Of a stretch of DNA of 64,000 nt, positions 63,329-64,000 are shown piece by piece. The position numbers and the translations under genes were made by a program. Location: NCBI GenBank assembly GCA_030390025.1, contig CM059432.1:129520001-129584000 (forward strand), in the 5' to 3' direction. The notes under the pieces were generated by a model. It saw nothing but the letters and a program-made list of their open reading frames with translations, was not told the DNA's origin and ran no database searches. How positions within the stretch are numbered: the first letter of the stretch is position 1; every line of letters begins with the position of its first letter. The DNA is from Squalus acanthias. Lineage: Eukaryota.

Positions 63329-64000
63329 GGGCTGGATTTTGCGGGGGGTCAGCGGGCGCGATCGGTGGCGGGTCAGGTGGGAAAATGTTTTTTTCCCCGG
63401 AGGGTCGGGACCCCGCTGTGAACCCGCCGCCACGCGCCTTTACCAAATGTCGGGTCTGTCAGCGCTGAACAGACCCGATGCACAGCGGCGGGGGAGGCAA
63501 ATAACATCATTAGTGACTTGTTTACAGCCACTTAGCAATGGTTTTTTCCCACCTTTTTGAATTTGACAGGCCGCCCACCGGTTTCCTGCTGTGATAGATC
63601 TCGTCTGTGAAGCTGAGGCAGGAGGTCAGTGGCCATTGAATCAGCTGATGAGTTGACAGCTTCAAATGTCAAGTCAAAGCTCCCAGCTGATTGAGAAATG
63701 TTCCCTTAACCACTTGCTTCCCTAAACTGCATTTCCACTATAGATTCACCATGCTGTCATCTCTACTTCACCTGCCATCTATTCCATCAGCATGGGTGCC
63801 CTTGAAACTCTCTCACCTTGGTCCTCAGAATCCCACCACGATGAGCCCCAACACCAGCTTCACCAGGCACACCAGCAGCATCAGGCACACCTGCAGCACC
63901 AACAACACCAACCTTCTCTGCAATCAACTGATGCTGAACAGGACACGGCATCAGCACTCGAGCACATTGCTGCCCGGGAGGCCAAGAATGACCTCACCAT
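63329..64000 (+). mobile_element. Harbinger-type element, left part (runs off the window)
   Basis: Starts GGGCTGGATTTT; ATG at 63792 opens a Q/H-rich leader (MGALETLSPWSSE..) like that at 60471(-) (MGTIYFLSPWTSD..). Confidence 0.65.

Overview
Repeat-dense vertebrate DNA, most likely from a cartilaginous fish (inferred from Deu-domain SacSINE1-like SINEs and shark-type CR1, Penelope and Harbinger families). One host protein-coding gene is supported: LRATD2 (FAM84B), a single-exon CDS at 44928-45779 (+) in a CpG-rich island, with a probable upstream exon and an AT-rich 3' UTR. The rest is transposon-derived or unassigned: two near full-length but broken CR1 LINEs and many fragments, about 11 Deu-SINEs, a 1.6 kb solo LTR, a pogo/Tigger-like MITE, many PIF/Harbinger derivatives (including one two-gene derivative nested in another), and two Penelope-derived families carrying minimal hammerhead-ribozyme motifs. 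I found no clearly new biological system. The best leads are short fold-back Penelope inserts (one with a hammerhead core on each strand), the nested Harbinger pair, and features of the LRATD2 transcript (spliced uORF, hairpin over a poly(A) signal, NSECF motif). Family names are from memory of consensus sequences, not database searches, and boundaries of old repeats are approximate.
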